Counted from the whole stretch's first letter, positions 52,486 through 62,858 are shown. The stretch: DNA of 63,992 nucleotides, filler included, from Candidatus Hydrogenedentota bacterium (GCA_040752395.1; 9 parts of 9 records of this genome joined end to end with filler, not necessarily neighbours in it), one strand, 5' to 3'. The notes: generated by a model not told the origin, from the letters alone. Translations and numbers: made by a program.

Positions 52486-52932
52486 ATGGTGATAAATCCT
52501 TACGAAAAGTATAAAAAGGCTCAGGTCGAGACAGCTAATCAGGGTAAACTTATTCTGATGCTTTATGATGGTGCGATACGATTTTTGAACTTAGCTCTGG
52601 TCGCACTATCAAAACGCATACTTGATCAGGCAAATAATAATATCATTCGTGCACAGGATATTATCTGGGAGTTACTCGGTTCTTTAGATATGGAGCGTGG
52701 TGGCGAAATCGCCGCTAACCTCTTTAAATTGTATGATTATATGAATAGAAGATTAATACTGGCAAATATAAAAAAAGACCCGGCACCTGTAACCGAAATA
52801 ATAAATATCCTCCAGCAGCTACGCGAGGCATGGGCTGTAGTATTTAAAGAAAGCACCACTTGTGGGATACGAGAAAATTCACCACTTTCAAATCTACCTG
52901 TCAACGGAGGCCAGATATCATTTGAACGATAA
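52486..52932 (+). CDS. fliS: Flagellar export chaperone FliS
   Basis: Motifs VETANQGKLILMLYDGAI, GGEIAANL..LYDYM and LREAW. Confidence 0.95.
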   Translation: MVINPYEKYKKAQVETANQGKLILMLYDGAIRFLNLALVALSKRILDQANNNIIRAQDIIWELLGSLDMERGGEIAANLFKLYDYMNRRLILANIKKDPAPVTEIINILQQLREAWAVVFKESTTCGIRENSPLSNLPVNGGQISFER

Positions 52933-53386
52933 AAATCATATCATCAATCTTTTAAATACAGAAATAAAAATTCTTCAACAAATAATAGATAAAATAGAAT
53001 CATTGAAACAATCGTTTAATATTAACGATATAGAGGCTATAAATAAGATAATTGAAGAGATAAATAAATTATATACCGAGCTTTCCAAAGGAGATGTCTT
53101 CATCAGCCGGCATAGTCTTAAAAAACAACTCAATACCCAAACAGATAACTGGAGCGATATTATACCAGCAGCAAAATTAGAGAATGAGCCTTCTGTCAAT
53201 AAATTAATAGAGATTTATAATACTCTGAGTTCTAAGACCAACGAGTTATCTTTAAACATTGTTTCAAGAATTAAAGATATTAATGCGGGCTTGAATAATA
53301 TCGAGGTATCGCGTAAGATAAGCAATAAATATCGGAGTTTATCTAAGATGCCAAAAATAAGTATTTTTATCGACAAAAAGAAGTAA
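52922..53386 (+). CDS. Helical protein downstream of fliS (FlgN/FliT-like)
   Basis: GGAGG SD with a TTG start; C-terminal IFIDKKK; fliS context. Confidence 0.5.
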   Translation: MNDKNHIINLLNTEIKILQQIIDKIESLKQSFNINDIEAINKIIEEINKLYTELSKGDVFISRHSLKKQLNTQTDNWSDIIPAAKLENEPSVNKLIEIYNTLSSKTNELSLNIVSRIKDINAGLNNIEVSRKISNKYRSLSKMPKISIFIDKKK

Positions 53387-53430
53387 TGATAACCTGTTTC
53401 CCCCGCCCTTCTATAATAACTTAAATTTAA

Positions 53431-53584
53431 AAGTGAGAAGTGAGAAGTATCAGGACAGGCTACGGGCTACGGACTACAGCCGGCTGGAGCCCGAAGCCCG
53501 GAGTCTGCTGAAAAGTCTTGAGTTTTGAGTCCTGAGTCCTGTTTTGACTCACGACTCACGACTCTTTTCATACTTTGTGCCTCT
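53431..53584 (-). repeat. Modular repeat copy (A-B-partial C, no D) between convergent genes
   Basis: Modules A and B are present; the SD module is absent. Confidence 0.9.
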
Positions 53585-53633
53585 TTTCCTCCCCTTTAAA
53601 GTGTCTCACGTTTCAGGGAAGCAGTATAAAATA

Positions 53634-53870
53634 TTAAGCCGCTGAAAATTCTTCTTCTAAAGAAACTATCTTTGATGCGTATAATAATACAGCTTTTATA
53701 TCTTCTTTGCTAATAAAAGGATACTCCTCTAAAAGTCTTTCCTCAGTGTATCCGTAGGCTAATTTTTCAAGGAGTAAATCGACTGGTAAACGGGTTCCCT
53801 TAATAACGGGTTTACCAAACATTATCTCGGCATCTCTTTCGATGCGGCATAAAAGGTCTTTTTCATTCAT
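53634..53870 (-). CDS. DUF433 antitoxin-like protein
   Basis: Motif GKPVIKGTRLPV...LLEEYP.ISKEDIKA.L.YA. Confidence 0.9.
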   Translation of the reverse strand: MNEKDLLCRIERDAEIMFGKPVIKGTRLPVDLLLEKLAYGYTEERLLEEYPFISKEDIKAVLLYASKIVSLEEEFSAA

Positions 53871-54229
53871 TTTATCACCTCTATTGGAACAATTCTAAAT
53901 TTTTCTTTCGTTATCACAACAAAGTGATCTACGATCTTTTTCGCATAACGTTCCAACAACTTATTTAATAGGTTAATCTTTTCAAAGGAATTCTGTCCTT
54001 TAATGCGTAGTAGTATAATCCCATAGGCTATTTTTTTCTAAAGAAAAACGATTTCGCCAAAATCCTTATCATTAGTGATAATTATCCTTTTCTCATCATA
54101 TGCAAGTCTACACACTTCATCATCTTTCATTCGTTTGTTAATTTCGGCCACCCATTTTGTATCAAAACCTTTATTTCTTAAAAAATCTACAATTTGTTTT
54201 TCTACATTTACATTGGCAATAAATTCCAT
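53867..54229 (-). pseudogene. DUF5615 PIN-like toxin with an internal amber stop
   Basis: ...ITNDKDFGEIVFL*KKIAYGIILLR... The frame continues to a TGA overlapping the DUF433 ATG. N-terminal acidic residues are absent (ANVNV). Confidence 0.75.
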
Positions 54230-54420
54230 GGAACACATTCCTAAGTAATCATTGTAAGCAAGCATTAAACCCGGTAATATATATTTAAATTATAATAATT
54301 TTTTCATCAAGAAAGATTTTTTAAAAATTTAAGATCGATGCTGATGAGCAATTTATGATTGGTGATTATAAAGAGGAATCTGTCTTCTGTCTTCTTGTAA
54401 AATATGGGATGTGCCATTAA

Positions 54421-56019
54421 TTAAAAAGAAGTGATGATAAACTCTTTTAATTTATTTTTTAATACCTCAAATTCAATATTCTTATTATTCATATACTCTT
54501 CATAAATAAGCGTTTCAAATATTCTGCCGGTATCTTTATCTTCTATAATCTCATTTATATTAGTTGCTTTTTCTATATCTTTTATTTTTTCGATAAAATA
54601 ATCCTTTATTTCTTCATAAGGCAATAGTATTCTCTCTTGCTTTAATATTATTCTTTCTTTTATTTTTTTGAATGAAAAATCACTGATTTTTTTGAATTCT
54701 GTATTGGATATTCTCGCTGATTTTTCATAAATCTGGTAAAATTTATTATTTTTATTCTCAGATACTATTTTCTCTATCTGCCTCCTGTAAAGGTCAAGAT
54801 TGTATGTTGTTTTTATTTTAGTCCCATCCACAGCCTCTACTTCAAAAGTCTTGATTCGGGATAATTGTGTAAATATATAACTATTATATTTATTCAGCAG
54901 ATTATAATCATAAATACCCCGGCTGTATACTTTTTTAAACGGGAATCCTGAATCTATGCCTGCAAGAATAATGTGCTCAAGTCCGATACGGAGCACTATA
55001 TTTATAAGAGGTATAACAACGCTGCCACCCTGATTAATAAAAACTCCTTTTATATAGCCATGATTAGCTAACCAGAGATTAAGTGGATGGTCTGATGGTA
55101 TAAGAACGATGTTATTAAAAAATGTCAGTATATCAGCATTAGAGATTGTATCACATAACAGAACAGGCATTTTCTCGTTATTTTTCTTGTTTTTAAAAAA
55201 GGTCGATGTTTTTCTTTGCGGGTCAACACTGCAGACGAAATCTATATCCACACCTTGTTCAAGACATGGCTTTAATGCTGAATCAGCTACAAAAGTATAA
55301 CAATATTTAGATTTATCTCTTATCTCTTTAATATCTTCTTCCAATGATGGGCCGCTGCCTATTATTATCCCGGTGCCTTTGATTCTTGGAAGACTTGAGG
55401 TAGTAAAAAACTTTTTATCAGATTTTAAAGTTTTAACAAAATTATCAAACCATAACCTGCCAAACTTTGAAACAACAATATTAAATGTTGTTCTTTCATC
55501 TACTGCATATTTAACATCTTTAAAGATTTTATCTAATAATTCTTTATCCTGTAAAAATTCATTTTCATTAACAATGGTTACTACTTTCCCATCAAGAAGC
55601 GGGTCAAAATTATTCATTATAACGTCGGTAATGTTCTTTATATCTGTACAAAATATGAGATGTAGTTTACTTAAAACATCTTCGTAATCAACGACATTCA
55701 TAGATATAGTTATGCACTCTAAGAATGGTTCAATAACAACGACTTTTTTCACTATCTCTTTCAACAAAACCAGGGTATAACCAGCACCAAGACCAATGAC
55801 AATGACAAACGTATCTTTATCTATATTTAAACTATCTATCTTTCTTTTTGCTTCCTTTATCGGATCGTAGATAGAATGAAGATAATTTCCATTATTATCC
55901 GATAAAGTGATTAACCCATTCTTAGTTTTTAGTATTTTGAATTTTTTATTTGTTGAACAGATAAATGGTTGCACGAACTTTTTTTTAAAGAACAATTTAT
56001 TTTTATCAAACAATCCCAT
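54421..56019 (-). CDS. Maf/DUF115 (MptE-like) motility-associated factor, putative flagellin glycosyltransferase
   Basis: Motifs YLHSIYDPIKEA, GLGAGY, IIGSGPSL, VDPQ, GGSV and LAGID. Confidence 0.8.
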   Translation of the reverse strand: MGLFDKNKLFFKKKFVQPFICSTNKKFKILKTKNGLITLSDNNGNYLHSIYDPIKEAKRKIDSLNIDKDTFVIVIGLGAGYTLVLLKEIVKKVVVIEPFLECITISMNVVDYEDVLSKLHLIFCTDIKNITDVIMNNFDPLLDGKVVTIVNENEFLQDKELLDKIFKDVKYAVDERTTFNIVVSKFGRLWFDNFVKTLKSDKKFFTTSSLPRIKGTGIIIGSGPSLEEDIKEIRDKSKYCYTFVADSALKPCLEQGVDIDFVCSVDPQRKTSTFFKNKKNNEKMPVLLCDTISNADILTFFNNIVLIPSDHPLNLWLANHGYIKGVFINQGGSVVIPLINIVLRIGLEHIILAGIDSGFPFKKVYSRGIYDYNLLNKYNSYIFTQLSRIKTFEVEAVDGTKIKTTYNLDLYRRQIEKIVSENKNNKFYQIYEKSARISNTEFKKISDFSFKKIKERIILKQERILLPYEEIKDYFIEKIKDIEKATNINEIIEDKDTGRIFETLIYEEYMNNKNIEFEVLKNKLKEFIITSF

Positions 56020-56066
56020 AAAAAATTTTTGTGTTATTGGCCAAGTTTTAACAAGTCGAGACCTAC

Positions 56067-58394
56067 TTAATCAACTCTGGTAAGGATTGATGGGTTAATA
56101 TCTCTGATATGTTTACATCCTGTAAGAACCATAGCTTTAGCTAACTCTTTTTTTATTTTTTCAAGATAATATTTAACCCCATCGGCACCGCCGCCATAAG
56201 CATATATAGCTACTGGTCTACCAATAAGCACGGCTTTAGCTCCGAGTGCCAGACATTTTAATACATCCTCACCGCCTCTAATCCCACCATCGATAAGGAT
56301 TTCTATCTTGTAATTCTGCATTGTTTTGCATATCTGCGGTAATACCTCAAGTGTTCCTGATAGCGAATCAAGTACCCTACCGCCATGATTTGAGACAATG
56401 ATAACTTTGGAGCCTGATTTTTTAGCTTTAAGAGCATCAGCTGGTGTCATTATTCCTTTCATCACAAAAGGCAATTTAGTAGATTTAATAATCTTTTTAT
56501 AGTCTTCAACATCTCTTGCACCGACAGCCTCTCCTTTTAATACCATTGTAACGAATGAGATAGCATCAACATCCATGCCGACAGCGATGGCCTGAACTTT
56601 TTCCGCAGCCCGAATTCTTGTTATAATCTTTTCATCGTCAATGCGTGGTTTAAAAATAGGTATGCCCATACCACCAGCTCTTCTTATCGCTTCAATACCC
56701 ACAAGATATTTTGTAGGTGTGGCACCATCACCAACGAATGCAATTGTACCTGCACTTTTTGCACCCTCAATAACGGCATTTACATACTCTTCTTCAGACA
56801 TCCCACCTCCCATATTTGTTGTAGTGCCAGTTATAGGAGCAACCATAACAGGCATACTTAATTTATAACCTAAAAAGTTTATTGACAGATCCGGTTCTCT
56901 AACAGAGTGTATAACATTGATATTCAAATTATATTTAGCTAAAGCCTCAATATTCCTTATAAACGCTTTCCCACTACCGACGCTACCCATCCCTGGCATC
57001 TGTCCTGCACATTTTATCCCGTTGCAGATAGGGCATATAAAACAGGTGCCGTGAAATTTTCGAAGCGCTGTTTTTAAGATTTCTTTTTCATCGATTAGCG
57101 AAGGTGGTCCAACCTCAATTTTTATAGTTCTGAAAGTTTTCTTCATAATATTCCGTGCCTTTATATAATTATCTGCATACACAATTATATTCCCTGCTTT
57201 ATCCATATTAGATTGTGGATAATATACTTTATCACCCTCTTTGTTTCTTAAATAAATTTCAGCCACCCCTCTAATTTTTAAAGCTTCGTCTATCCCTGTT
57301 ATAGATTTAATCTCGCCTGGCACAGGGATAATAGCTCTTTCAATACTTACTTTATTAAGAAATTTTTTAGGTATTTTAGGTTTCATTCCGAGTGCGATTT
57401 CTATTGCAGCCTTGATTGAGCTGAATCCTGAGTGAAGTGGATAAGTGTATGCACTCATAAATCCACCGGATAATCTTGCTCCGATCTCACCGATTTTAGG
57501 ACCCTCACTTGTAAGTTTTATATCACCTTTAGCAGCACCGATATCTATCCCGAGTGAGTATATACCTGCCTTCATAATCGAGCAGGCCTGTTTAATTATA
57601 TCTTTTGGTTGACGGCTTGGCATATCATGTCCTATCTCTACAAAAAACGGTGGATAATTTTCTGGATTTTTAAGAATCTCCTCTTTTTGGGGATAGATAG
57701 GTTTAGCAAGCGGGTCATAACTGCCAGTCCCTCCCAAAGTAACTCTATAGCCTATAATTCTATCAGCTATACCTACAAAAATTATTTCTCCATCAAATAT
57801 TAATGCATCAATAGATAATTCAGGTCCATCCATATATTCTTCGAGTATCAGTTCACCGCTTGGCGAATTTGCTTTAGCGTGTCTAAACGCTTCTTCTATA
57901 CCATCCATCGAATCGATTCTCATAACCCCGCGTGCACCCATATTGTCACTCGGTTTTATAACAAGCGGGAACCCGAGTTTATCAGCTATACGTTTAGCAT
58001 CTTTAACACTCCAGACCTCACTGAATTTAGGTGATGGAATTTTATGTTCTTCAAATCTTCTTCTCATTTTAAGTTTATTACTCGAAGCTTCGGCATTCTC
58101 AAATTTGATACCCGGTAATCCAAGTGCATTAGCAACTGCTGCAACTGTCATAGAAGCATCTGTGCCGACTGTTATGACACCATCTATCTTTCGCTGTTGA
58201 GATATCTCTCTTGCTATGCGTACAGTCCCTTCAATATCTTTTGTGCTCATAATAACAGGCATATCAGCAAGCGGCATCCCTTTTGCCAAAGGATCATAAT
58301 CAGTGATAATAGTAAATAACCCCATCTCTTTGGCTTTTTCAATAGCTGGAACCTGTAGTATACCAGCTCCGATAATCATTATTGTTTTTTGCAT
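56067..58394 (-). CDS. Fusion of an ATP-grasp ligase and an FMN-dependent alpha-hydroxy-acid dehydrogenase
   Basis: N-terminal IGAGILQ, KPSDNMGARGV, EEYMDGPE and EIGARLSGG; C-terminal CFICPICNG..C, MKGIM, VSNHGGR and DGGIR.G.D..K.LALGA. Confidence 0.85.
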   Translation of the reverse strand: MQKTIMIIGAGILQVPAIEKAKEMGLFTIITDYDPLAKGMPLADMPVIMSTKDIEGTVRIAREISQQRKIDGVITVGTDASMTVAAVANALGLPGIKFENAEASSNKLKMRRRFEEHKIPSPKFSEVWSVKDAKRIADKLGFPLVIKPSDNMGARGVMRIDSMDGIEEAFRHAKANSPSGELILEEYMDGPELSIDALIFDGEIIFVGIADRIIGYRVTLGGTGSYDPLAKPIYPQKEEILKNPENYPPFFVEIGHDMPSRQPKDIIKQACSIMKAGIYSLGIDIGAAKGDIKLTSEGPKIGEIGARLSGGFMSAYTYPLHSGFSSIKAAIEIALGMKPKIPKKFLNKVSIERAIIPVPGEIKSITGIDEALKIRGVAEIYLRNKEGDKVYYPQSNMDKAGNIIVYADNYIKARNIMKKTFRTIKIEVGPPSLIDEKEILKTALRKFHGTCFICPICNGIKCAGQMPGMGSVGSGKAFIRNIEALAKYNLNINVIHSVREPDLSINFLGYKLSMPVMVAPITGTTTNMGGGMSEEEYVNAVIEGAKSAGTIAFVGDGATPTKYLVGIEAIRRAGGMGIPIFKPRIDDEKIITRIRAAEKVQAIAVGMDVDAISFVTMVLKGEAVGARDVEDYKKIIKSTKLPFVMKGIMTPADALKAKKSGSKVIIVSNHGGRVLDSLSGTLEVLPQICKTMQNYKIEILIDGGIRGGEDVLKCLALGAKAVLIGRPVAIYAYGGGADGVKYYLEKIKKELAKAMVLTGCKHIRDINPSILTRVD

Positions 58395-58576
58395 CTTTTA
58401 TTTCCTCTCTTTATTTGCCTTCCTTTGTCTTCCTTTGTAATTACTTTGTCGTTTTGCTCCACATTGCAAATTGCTTTATTTAGAAGCAAGAAGCAAGACC
58501 TGTCTCCTGTCTTCTTTCTGCCTCTGTGCCTCTAACTACAATTTTCGGTTCTACATTCGCAGAATATTGTCTGACT

Positions 58577-59251
58577 TCATTTCCCTGATTTTACAATGTA
58601 TTGGACAGAAGAAAATGGGATTATAAATGCGTGACCCGTTGAATCAATTAATATGAGCTCAGGTAGACCTGATAACCCATTATCGATACTTTTAATCTTG
58701 CCTATTAATTCTCGTTCACCGACAAGTAAAAGTCTAACCTCAGCCTTCTCATTAATTAAATTAATCATTCTCTCTGCGCTTTCAGATTCTTCTTTTTTGC
58801 CCCATACAATTTCATCCATTAATTTCTGATTACTTATTCTTAATCTTTTAATTATTATTTTTGTAATATTCAGCAAAATTTTAAAATATTCAGGGTTGTT
58901 TTTCCAATCAGATTCAAATTTTTCTTTGGATATTTTTACCAGTTTTGCATTATTTATTGTTCGTGCGGTTGCTGATCGTGCTTCAGGGTCAATCATAGTG
59001 AGTTCACCAAAGGTCTCGCCAGCATCAAGAATAGCTACTTTAGTCTCCCGATTTGTAGAGACATCCTTTTTAGAGATACCAACCTGCCCCTCAAGTATAA
59101 AATAAAACCCATCAGCTGTATCGCCTTCGGAAAAAATTTTAGTCATCTGTGCCAATTCTTGTACCTCACCTGATTCAAGTAGTTTCGTTATAGTTTCTTT
59201 GCTTACACCATCAAACATCTGATGTTTTAATAAAATTTCATAAGACATCAT
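58577..59251 (-). CDS. cNMP-binding domain protein with a non-HTH C-terminal domain
   Basis: Motifs IFSEGD..DGFYFILEG, FGELTMID and RSATA. GGAGG SD before ATG 59251. Confidence 0.85.
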   Translation of the reverse strand: MMSYEILLKHQMFDGVSKETITKLLESGEVQELAQMTKIFSEGDTADGFYFILEGQVGISKKDVSTNRETKVAILDAGETFGELTMIDPEARSATARTINNAKLVKISKEKFESDWKNNPEYFKILLNITKIIIKRLRISNQKLMDEIVWGKKEESESAERMINLINEKAEVRLLLVGERELIGKIKSIDNGLSGLPELILIDSTGHAFIIPFSSVQYIVKSGK

Positions 59252-59345
59252 AAAAAACCTCCTGACCCCTGACTCACGGCTCTTTGACTCTATAGAGTGA
59301 TTTACAATTCGACATGCGCAGCATGACACCTAACATATGGGTTAG

Positions 59346-60377
59346 TTACTTCCTTGCAATATAAATAAGTGGGTCCAATGTTCTATTGTATCTTCTTACT
59401 TCAAAATGTAGATGTGGTCCTGTAACTCTACCTGTACCACCTGACCTGGCAATAACCTGTCCCTGATTAAGTTTCTGGCCTTGTTTAACCTCTATTCTTG
59501 ATAGATGTGCATATAAAGTCTTATATCCATTTTTATGTTCAATTATAACTGTTCTACCATAACCGCCAAGATAACCTACAAATCTGACCACCCCATTTTG
59601 CGAAGCTTTGACTTTTGTACCACAACCACAACCTATATCTATGCCTCTATGAAAAATGTATCTTCTAAAAATAGGGTGAAGTCTTATACCATATCGTGAA
59701 GTCAATCTTCCTCTCACAGGCCAGATAAAACTATCATAATTTTTTAATTTTTTTGAAACAGGTTTAACTTTCTTTGGTTCAGGTATATATATCTTTTCCC
59801 CACTTGTTATTAAATCAGCGTCATTAATATTATTAATTTTTAAGATATAGTGAGCAGAGGTTCCATACATTCTTGATATTTCCCAGATACTTTCACCTTT
59901 TGTAACTTTATGGATAATAACATCAATAGATGGTATTTTTAACTTCTGTCCAACCTTTATTCTTTTTGGATTAGTAATATTATTGATATTTAAAAGTGTA
60001 TGTAATTTAATACTATTTTGTTTAGCAATTTTAGCCGCGCTATCTCCAGATTTTACTATATATTCTTTAAAAACAAGTTTTTTTTCTACGGACTCATTAT
60101 CCTCACCCTCAGAAAATATTAAATTTTCTATAAAGTTTACATCCTCATTTGACAATTCAGACAGCTCAGATATTAAAAATTGCGTGTCTCTTATAACATT
60201 ATCTTTACCTACATATTCAGACAAAATAATAGCTCCATCTATCATTCTTTCAGCTGGTAATATTTTCTCAAATTTGAAATAAGAAGAATATACCTGATTA
60301 GTTATAAAGATAAGCGAACCAAATGTTATTAAAATAAAAATCAAAGATAAAAAAAACTTTTGTCTGTAAATAGCCAC
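59346..60377 (-). CDS. LysM x2 plus M23 peptidase
   Basis: LysM motifs YIVKSGDS and HKVTKGES; M23 motifs HRGID, YAHL and TGPHLHFE. Confidence 0.92.
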   Translation of the reverse strand: MAIYRQKFFLSLIFILITFGSLIFITNQVYSSYFKFEKILPAERMIDGAIILSEYVGKDNVIRDTQFLISELSELSNEDVNFIENLIFSEGEDNESVEKKLVFKEYIVKSGDSAAKIAKQNSIKLHTLLNINNITNPKRIKVGQKLKIPSIDVIIHKVTKGESIWEISRMYGTSAHYILKINNINDADLITSGEKIYIPEPKKVKPVSKKLKNYDSFIWPVRGRLTSRYGIRLHPIFRRYIFHRGIDIGCGCGTKVKASQNGVVRFVGYLGGYGRTVIIEHKNGYKTLYAHLSRIEVKQGQKLNQGQVIARSGGTGRVTGPHLHFEVRRYNRTLDPLIYIARK

Positions 60378-60411
60378 TTTTCCCCCTTTATCTTTAATAA
60401 TATTATTATAA

Positions 60412-60439
60412 TTGTCGGCTAATTTAAAATAAGTCTTTA
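60412..60439 (-). promoter_or_regulatory. Sigma-28-type promoter upstream of the M23 peptidase
   Basis: TAAA-N16-GCCGACAA on the minus strand. Confidence 0.55.
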
Positions 60440-60502
60440 ATTTTTACAATTTTTAGTGTCAAGTCATTGATTCAAAATTTTGCGTTTATGGACATTCGTG
60501 AA

Positions 60503-61861
60503 TCATTTATTCATTGATTCTAAAAAATCGGCGTTAGATTTAGTATTTGCCATTCTTTCTATGAGTAGTTCCATTGCTTCAACAGGTCCGAGAGGCTGTA
60601 ATACTTTTCGAAGTATCCATACTTTATTAAGTTCATTTTGTTTTAAGAGCAGTTCTTCTTTACGGGTTCCTGATCTATTAATATCGATAGCTGGAAAAAT
60701 TCTTCTATCAGCAAGCTTTCGATCAAGTACAAGTTCCATATTCCCTGTACCCTTAAACTCTTCAAAAATAACCTCATCCATTCTGCTGCCGGTTTCAATG
60801 AGAGCCGTAGCCACGATGGTTAAACTTCCGCCTTCCTCAATATTTCTTGCGGCACCAAAAAACCGTTTAGGTTTATGTAAAGCATTTGAATCTACCCCAC
60901 CGGATAATATTTTACCGCTTGTCGGTACTACCTGGTTATAAGCTCGCGCAAGCCGGGTTATAGAATCTAATAGAATCACGACATCGCGCTGATATTCTAC
61001 CAATCTCTTTGCTTTTTCCAGGACCATTTCTGCAACCTGAACGTGTCTTGATGCGGGTTCGTCAAAAGTAGAAGATATAACCTCGCCTTTAACAGTACGC
61101 GCCATATCCGTGACTTCCTCAGGTCTCTCATCGATAAGTAAAACAATAAGCACAACCTCAGGATGATTTGTTGTAATAGAATTAGCAATTTTCTGGAGTA
61201 GTACGGTTTTGCCTGCACGTGGTGGCGAAACTATCAATGCGCGCTGGCCTTTGCCAATCGGGGCAAGTAGATTGATTATTCTCGTTGAAATATCATCACT
61301 TTTATGCTCTAAATCAAGTCTTTCATGCGGATATAAAGGCGTAAGATTGTCAAATAAAAGCCTATCACTAGCTCTCTCAGGACTTTCGTCGTTTACTTCC
61401 TCAATCTTTAAAAGAGCAAAGAACCGCTCTTTTTCTTTTGGTGGTCTAATTAAACCACAGAGACAATCACCTGTCCTTAATCCAAACCGCTTTATTTGTG
61501 AAGGGGATACATAGATATCATCAGGACCTGATAAATAACTATAATTCACACTTCTTAGAAACCCATAGCCATCTGATAATACTTCAAGCACACCCTCACC
61601 CTCTATCAACTGGTTCTCTTCAAGATGTTTTGCCTCAATAATAGCAACTATTAAATCCTGTTTCTTCATACCACTATAATTTGGTACTTTTAGCTCGCGC
61701 GCTATCTGGGCAAGCTCACTAATGGTCTTCTTTTTAAGTTGTGTCATCCCGAATTCTTCAACTGCTTCTGCATCTTTTAATTCTGCCTCATTATTATTCT
61801 CAACAACCTTATTTGAGCTGTTTTTTGATTTTACCCTGCTATTACTTCTCTGGCTTCTCAA
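60503..61861 (-). CDS. rho: Transcription termination factor Rho
   Basis: Motifs [32 protein letters not shown] and [14 protein letters not shown] start after the repeat-borne SD. Confidence 0.97.
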   Translation of the reverse strand: MRSQRSNSRVKSKNSSNKVVENNNEAELKDAEAVEEFGMTQLKKKTISELAQIARELKVPNYSGMKKQDLIVAIIEAKHLEENQLIEGEGVLEVLSDGYGFLRSVNYSYLSGPDDIYVSPSQIKRFGLRTGDCLCGLIRPPKEKERFFALLKIEEVNDESPERASDRLLFDNLTPLYPHERLDLEHKSDDISTRIINLLAPIGKGQRALIVSPPRAGKTVLLQKIANSITTNHPEVVLIVLLIDERPEEVTDMARTVKGEVISSTFDEPASRHVQVAEMVLEKAKRLVEYQRDVVILLDSITRLARAYNQVVPTSGKILSGGVDSNALHKPKRFFGAARNIEEGGSLTIVATALIETGSRMDEVIFEEFKGTGNMELVLDRKLADRRIFPAIDINRSGTRKEELLLKQNELNKVWILRKVLQPLGPVEAMELLIERMANTKSNADFLESMNK

Positions 61862-61869
61862 GTTAAATA

Positions 61870-62088
61870 CCTCCTCTGAAAAACGTTGTAACTCTAATAA
61901 TATCAAGTAGAAGCAAGAAGCAAGATAACGGAAGAAGTGAGAGGTGTCAGGACGGGCTACAGGCTACAGGCTACGGACTACGGCCGGCTGGAGCCAAAAG
62001 CCAAAAGCCTGCTGAAAAGTCTTGAGTCTTGAGTCTTGAGTCTTGAGTCCTGTTTTGACTCACGACTCTTTTCATATCATCTTTAGTT
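61870..62088 (-). repeat. Modular repeat copy (A-B-C-D) supplying the SD of rho; runs to contig end
   Basis: CTACTTGATATTATTAGAGTTACAACGTTTTTCAGAGGAGG on the minus strand. Confidence 0.92.
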
Positions 62089-62300
62089 NNNNNNNNNNNN
62101 NNNNNNNNNNNNNNNNNNNNNNNNNNNNNNNNTTAATTAATTAANNNNNNNNNNNNNNNNNNNNNNNNNNNNNNNNNNNNNNNNNNNNTGAATGTGAAGA
62201 TTGGGAGGCATATTGGAAAAAGCGAATGGAAATAAGTGATGGTTGTAAAATTACTCTCTTATCTATTGATTTTGAGGTCATAGCAGATTAACTAACAAAT

Positions 62301-62600
62301 TTGGGACGCTGCCAAGATATTGCATTAGCAATTTCCTATGCAAGACAGATGATAGATAATTGCAATTTAGGCGCAACAGTAAAATACATCCAGATGAAGA
62401 TAAATAATGAAAAATCCACTGGTATCGCTTTAGATATCGGTTGTTTATACAAACCTACGGTAGAAAATCTCACCATTGGAGCAAACATCCAGAATCTAGG
62501 TCCTAAATTGAAGGCGTTTATCAGTGAAAAAGATGCCTTACCACTAAATATTAAAGTTGGTGGGGCATATAAATTATTGAATAAAATATCACCAAAGTAG
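62301..62600 (+). pseudogene. Internal fragment of a PorV/PorQ-like protein
   Basis: LGATVKYI...ALDIGCLY...GANIQNLG...LPLNIKVG resembles the middle of 14730-15671; both ends are missing. Confidence 0.65.
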
Positions 62601-62759
62601 CTCAATATATTGTTTCTATAGTAATTTTAGGTCAAATTGTAACTAATAAATTAATGTCTCCGTATTAATTGTTGCAGGCATAATATTTGTCATTTTAATA
62701 ATAGTAGGAATAATATTAACTCCTGACACTGATAATTCTTAAAATGAGGTATAAGTTCA

Positions 62760-62858
62760 ATGGCTGTGTTAATACCACTATTTATAATTACTATCTTTGC
62801 AAGCATATTAGCATTCATAGTATGGCGTCAAGATAGACAAAGTATATCAAAAAAGTAA
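62760..62858 (+). CDS. 32-aa single-TM small protein
   Basis: GAGGT SD; MAVLIPLFIITIFASILAFIVWRQDRQSISKK. Confidence 0.45.
   Translation: MAVLIPLFIITIFASILAFIVWRQDRQSISKK

Noticed and set aside
54038-54040. Amber recoding (pyrrolysine or alternative code) in DUF5615
   Set aside because: Other genes terminate normally at TAG (e.g. 19072, 41902), so a nonsense mutation is simpler.
60480-61514. Antisense ORFs over rho and other conserved genes
   Set aside because: Shadow ORFs with no independent evidence.
61862-61906. Shared N-terminal peptide (LILLELQxFSEE) on Rho, YIP1 and ORF 46521
   Set aside because: An artefact of ORF extension into repeat module D. The true starts follow the GAGGAGG.
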